This document shows positions 60,633-64,000 of a stretch of 64,000 nt of DNA, piece by piece; the first letter of the stretch is position 1, and every line of letters begins with the position of its first letter. The DNA comes from an uncultured Chloroflexia bacterium (GTDB taxonomy: Bacteria > Chloroflexota > Limnocylindria > QHBO01). The stretch is taken from positions 144,297-208,296 of the forward strand of contig CAWGTN010000003.1 in the NCBI GenBank assembly GCA_963825525.1, given 5' to 3'. The position numbers and the translations under genes are program-made. The notes under the pieces are model-generated. The model was not told the DNA's origin and ran no database searches. It saw only the letters and a list, made by a program, of their open reading frames with translations.

Positions 60633-61574
60633 TCAGAGCCGAGCGCCGAGCCGATCCAGGATTCCCTCGACCAGCTCCCGACCACGAAGCGCTTGGAGCC
60701 ATTCAGCGGGGATCCCGCCCGCACCCTCGTCGAGGCCCCAGCGGATGCCGGCCAGGCCACCAGCGATGGCGGCGGTCGTATCGGTGTCGTGGCCCAGGCG
60801 GATGCAGCGCTCGATCGTCTCGCGATAGGAGGCCGATGCGGCGAAGGCCTCCCACGCCGACCAGAAGCTGTCGAGCACCCAGCCGCCGCCCGGCTTCTTG
60901 AGCCGCGACCGATGCACGAGCAGCATCTCGAGCTCCATGGCGTGGTCGGGATGGTGGCCGTAGGCAGCACGCACTCGGTCGACGGCGGCGGCGAGGAGGG
61001 ACTCGGGCGCGGCGCCCGGTGCCCCGAGCAACTCGCGAACGATCAGAACGTAGAGCGCGCAGGCCACCTGGCAGGGGAGCGCGCCGTGGGTGACGCGGCT
61101 GGCGAGATGGGCGCGCTCGACCAGCTCGGCGTCGTCCTCGGGCGGGTCGATGAGCGCGATCGGCAGGATGCGCATGAGGCTGCCATTGCCCTGCTCGGCC
61201 GAATCGGGCGGACCGCCGGCGCCCGTGGCCGGATCGCCGCGCTTCAGTCGCCGAATGGCCGATGCCGTGGCGTTGCCGATGTCGAACAGCCCGTCGCCAT
61301 CGGGCGTGTAGGCGCCGTCGTCATGCCAGGCGAGGATGCGGCGAGCCTGGTCATCGGGATCCCAGCCGGTGGTCGCCAGGGAGTCGAGCAGGGCGAGCAT
61401 GAGCGCGCCGTCGTCGCTCCACGTGCCCGGCGGCTGGTGGTGCGAGCCCGAACCTCGCAGCTCGACGGTGAGGGCGGGGTCGGGCGCGGTGAACTCGTAC
61501 GGAACGCCGATCGCATCGGCGACGAGGTGGCCATACACGGCAGCGGTGATCTGGTCAGTCGTCGGCGTCTTCAC
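60633..61574 (-). CDS. ADP-ribosylglycohydrolase (DraG/ARH family)
   Basis: ADAIGVPYEF, WSDDG, DIG.AT, GNGSLMR, THG, GHDTDTTAAIAG. Confidence 0.92.
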   Translation of the reverse strand: MKTPTTDQITAAVYGHLVADAIGVPYEFTAPDPALTVELRGSGSHHQPPGTWSDDGALMLALLDSLATTGWDPDDQARRILAWHDDGAYTPDGDGLFDIGNATASAIRRLKRGDPATGAGGPPDSAEQGNGSLMRILPIALIDPPEDDAELVERAHLASRVTHGALPCQVACALYVLIVRELLGAPGAAPESLLAAAVDRVRAAYGHHPDHAMELEMLLVHRSRLKKPGGGWVLDSFWSAWEAFAASASYRETIERCIRLGHDTDTTAAIAGGLAGIRWGLDEGAGGIPAEWLQALRGRELVEGILDRLGARL

Positions 61575-61648
61575 CGGGTCATCCTCGCACGGCGGATTCG
61601 ACAGCTTTGGTGTCGCGCCGGCCGGCGATCGCGCTAGGGTTCGAGGCC

Positions 61649-61813
61649 ATGCCGATCAAGCGCGACAACAACGACAGCGACGAGCCGGATCTCGTGGAGA
61701 CGTGCGCGATCTGTGGGCGCAAGCTGTGGTCGGATGGTTTGCCGCCGGCGATCGACGGCGGCGCGTGGATCTGCGGCGACTGCGACCAGGCGCGCAACTT
61801 CGAGGCGCTGTAG
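61649..61813 (+). CDS. Small Zn-finger-like protein (54 aa)
   Basis: CAICG...ICGDC; TAGGGT 8 nt upstream of ATG. Confidence 0.65.
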   Translation: MPIKRDNNDSDEPDLVETCAICGRKLWSDGLPPAIDGGAWICGDCDQARNFEAL

Positions 61814-61819
61814 CCGACC

Positions 61820-63848
61820 CTACGTCCCCGGCAGGAACGCTCCGATGCCGACGAAGCTGAAGTCCATGGCCTCCATCGATGGCCCGCTCATGGAGATCGG
61901 ACCGGAGCCGACACTCGTTGATCCGGGCTCCACCCGATAGCCGAAGTCGGTCGTGCCGGTCGGCCCCGAGCGCACGTAGAACCCGGATTTTGAACCGGCC
62001 GAGAAGGGGCCGGCCTCGGCGCTGGCGGACGGACCGGCGAAGATGGTGATCGCCCCACCCTTGGAGCTGACGGACGCGAAGGCGCCGAGCGCACCCGGTG
62101 TCGCCGCCTCGATGCTCCAGTCCGAGCATTCCATCTGGAGCGAAACGAACGCGATCTTCAACGTCCAGGCGCCGGTGTTCATACGGCACGGCTGGCCGGC
62201 ACCGGGTGCGGTCGGCTCGTAGGTGTCGGGGAGGGGTGCGAAGCCGTCAACGCACAGCTCGCGACTGTTGCTCTCGAAGATCGCCACCTCCTCGACTCGG
62301 CTCACGACCATCAGGGCCGCCTGGTCCAGCTGCGCCTCGATCGCCATCACCGCGACCTCGTGCTGGGTCGGGTTGCCGATGTGGCCCGCGACGGCCGCCG
62401 CGGCGGGGTAGTAGAGATCGGCCCATTCGCGAACGGCGTTGTCCAGCGCGATCACCTCGCTTGACCACGGTCCATGGAAGGCCGTGGTGGCCGGGATGCA
62501 GACGGTCCGCATGCAGCCGTTGAAGTCGCCCGTGCCGCTGCAACCGTCGGACATCGACTCCACCTCGCCCGCCGGACCCCAGAACGCGTCCCAGGAGTCG
62601 AAGGCATTGGTGCTGGCTTCGGAGACATCGGTCCAGGCCTCGGCGGCCGGGCCCTCAACGGAGCTGAGTGCGGCGATCGCGCCCATGATGTCGCCGTTGC
62701 GCTGGACCGTCATCGGGTGCAGTCCCGCCGAGTTGAGCGCGACCTGCAACTCCATCTGGCGCCCGGAGCGCTCGATCGATCGGTCAACGAGCTCCTGCTT
62801 GATCTCCTGGATTCGATCGCGGATGCGACACGCCCTCTCCCGGCGATGACGGGATCGGGATCGAGGGCAGCAGCGGGCCTGCGTCCACGCCCAGGCTCAT
62901 CTCGAAGACGTCCTCGGGCTTCGGCGTGTCGAGGCCGTCCCGCTCCGTCGTGCGCGGCTTCTCCCGATGCCGGCTGGAGCGGGCGACGGCCATTGCCTGG
63001 TCGTCCGCGCCCTGGCAGAGCAGCGCCAGCGACAGGTTCTCGGCGGCCTCCAGCAGGGCACCGTCGGTTTCATATGCCTGCTGCAGCGCCGATGCGGCAT
63101 CCGCCCACTGCCCCAGGCTCAACAGCGCATGCCCACGAACCGCCAGCGCCACTGCACCCTGGTCGAGCCCGTACGGCGTGCTGTCGGGCGGCTCCATGGT
63201 CTCGGCTGCGTCGAGCAGAGCCAGCGCTTCGCTGCCGAGTCCGAACGCCGGCATCAGGGCCGCGGCATTCACGAGGTGGCGCGGATCGTCCGGATCGTGG
63301 CCGATGGTCGACAGCATCGCGGCCAGCGCGCCGGCATCGTTGCCGGTGATCGCGGCCCCGACCGCCGCGGTCTTCGCCTTCCCCGCGGAGCTTGCCTCGT
63401 CGCTGGCCTCGAAGGCGCGCATCGCGTCCTCGCCAACGGCATCGGCCAGGAAGGCCCGGGCGCGGTTGAGCGCGTCGTCGCGGCTCATGGTCTCCACGCT
63501 GGTGGGCGTTGCCACGCAGCCCTGGGATTTCAGGATCGGCGCGAGCATCGACCATGTCGAGGCGCTGAACGGGCGCGAGTCGCTGAAGGCGGCCATGTTC
63601 GGGTCGCCGCCGCCGTCACCGCCCGCACCGCCGATGATCACGCCCGGCGTCGGGCTGGCGCCGTCGGTGGCGATCGGGTCATCCGGAGGGTCGCTCGACT
63701 CTGGCGTGATACCAGACTCGGACGGCGATGCCGCACCCCCGCACGCGGAGATCACCATCACGACGGCCAGGGCCAAGGTTGCTGCTGCAACTCGCCCCGA
63801 GTGCCGCCGGCGGTACGCGTCGCCTGCGGCGTCCCCCTGCTCGGTCAT
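61820..63848 (-). CDS. Large TPR-containing lipoprotein (frameshift near 62821)
   Basis: Lipobox ISAC, TPR-like helices (RGHALLSLGQW..A..ALQQA); frame continues as RDRIQEIKQELVDR...MELQ. Confidence 0.7.
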
Positions 63849-64000
63849 GGTCGATATGTAACCAGAACCGTCGCCGGTGAGGCGCCGGTTCCTGCACGCG
63901 ATCTGCCCGCGCCGGCGTCTCCGCGTTGACGCAGAACACCACGGCACAAACCGCGCGACATGATACCTGTCGCAATCCACGCTGACGCTGGCCTCCTGAC

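Noticed and set aside
62768-62787. GCGCTCGATCGATCGGTCAA resembling the repeat box
   Set aside because: Lies within the coding frame of the TPR lipoprotein with no partner box at 50 or 64 bp; likely chance.
63865-63892. GAACCG...CGGTTC inverted repeat upstream of the TPR lipoprotein as an ECF promoter
   Set aside because: GGAAC-GTT spacing of 19 nt is atypical and it is a single instance; function cannot be assigned.

Overview
High-GC (~70% by eye) chromosomal region with about 60 genes. Gene content suggests Chloroflexota (Limnocylindria-like) or Actinomycetota; this is inference only. No rRNA, tRNA, CRISPR array, transposase or integrase is visible. Content includes a polyamine ABC uptake/oxidation module with an XRE-cupin regulator, several F420-dependent enzymes, an OmpR-type two-component system, a PQQ dehydrogenase-cupredoxin fusion, a TM0106 nuclease-helicase, two ECF sigma factors, five MFS transporters, four class III nucleotide cyclases, a RIO1 kinase, VapBC, UvsE, HNH and ADP-ribosylglycohydrolase genes. 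Several genes carry single-base frameshifts, probably long-read errors. The most interesting signals are non-coding: (1) a leader-peptide attenuator with mutually exclusive hairpins controlling the RIO1 kinase SD; (2) a dispersed intergenic repeat family of CGAT-NN-ATCG palindromes at conserved 50/64/50-bp spacing at three loci; (3) three CGATGA-N18-GTC promoters defining a SigG/ECF56 efflux regulon; (4) four 17-bp operators of the polyamine regulator; (5) a tandem duplication that left a dead copy of an MFS 3' end; (6) frameshifts clustering next to GCATC, a possible methylation footprint.
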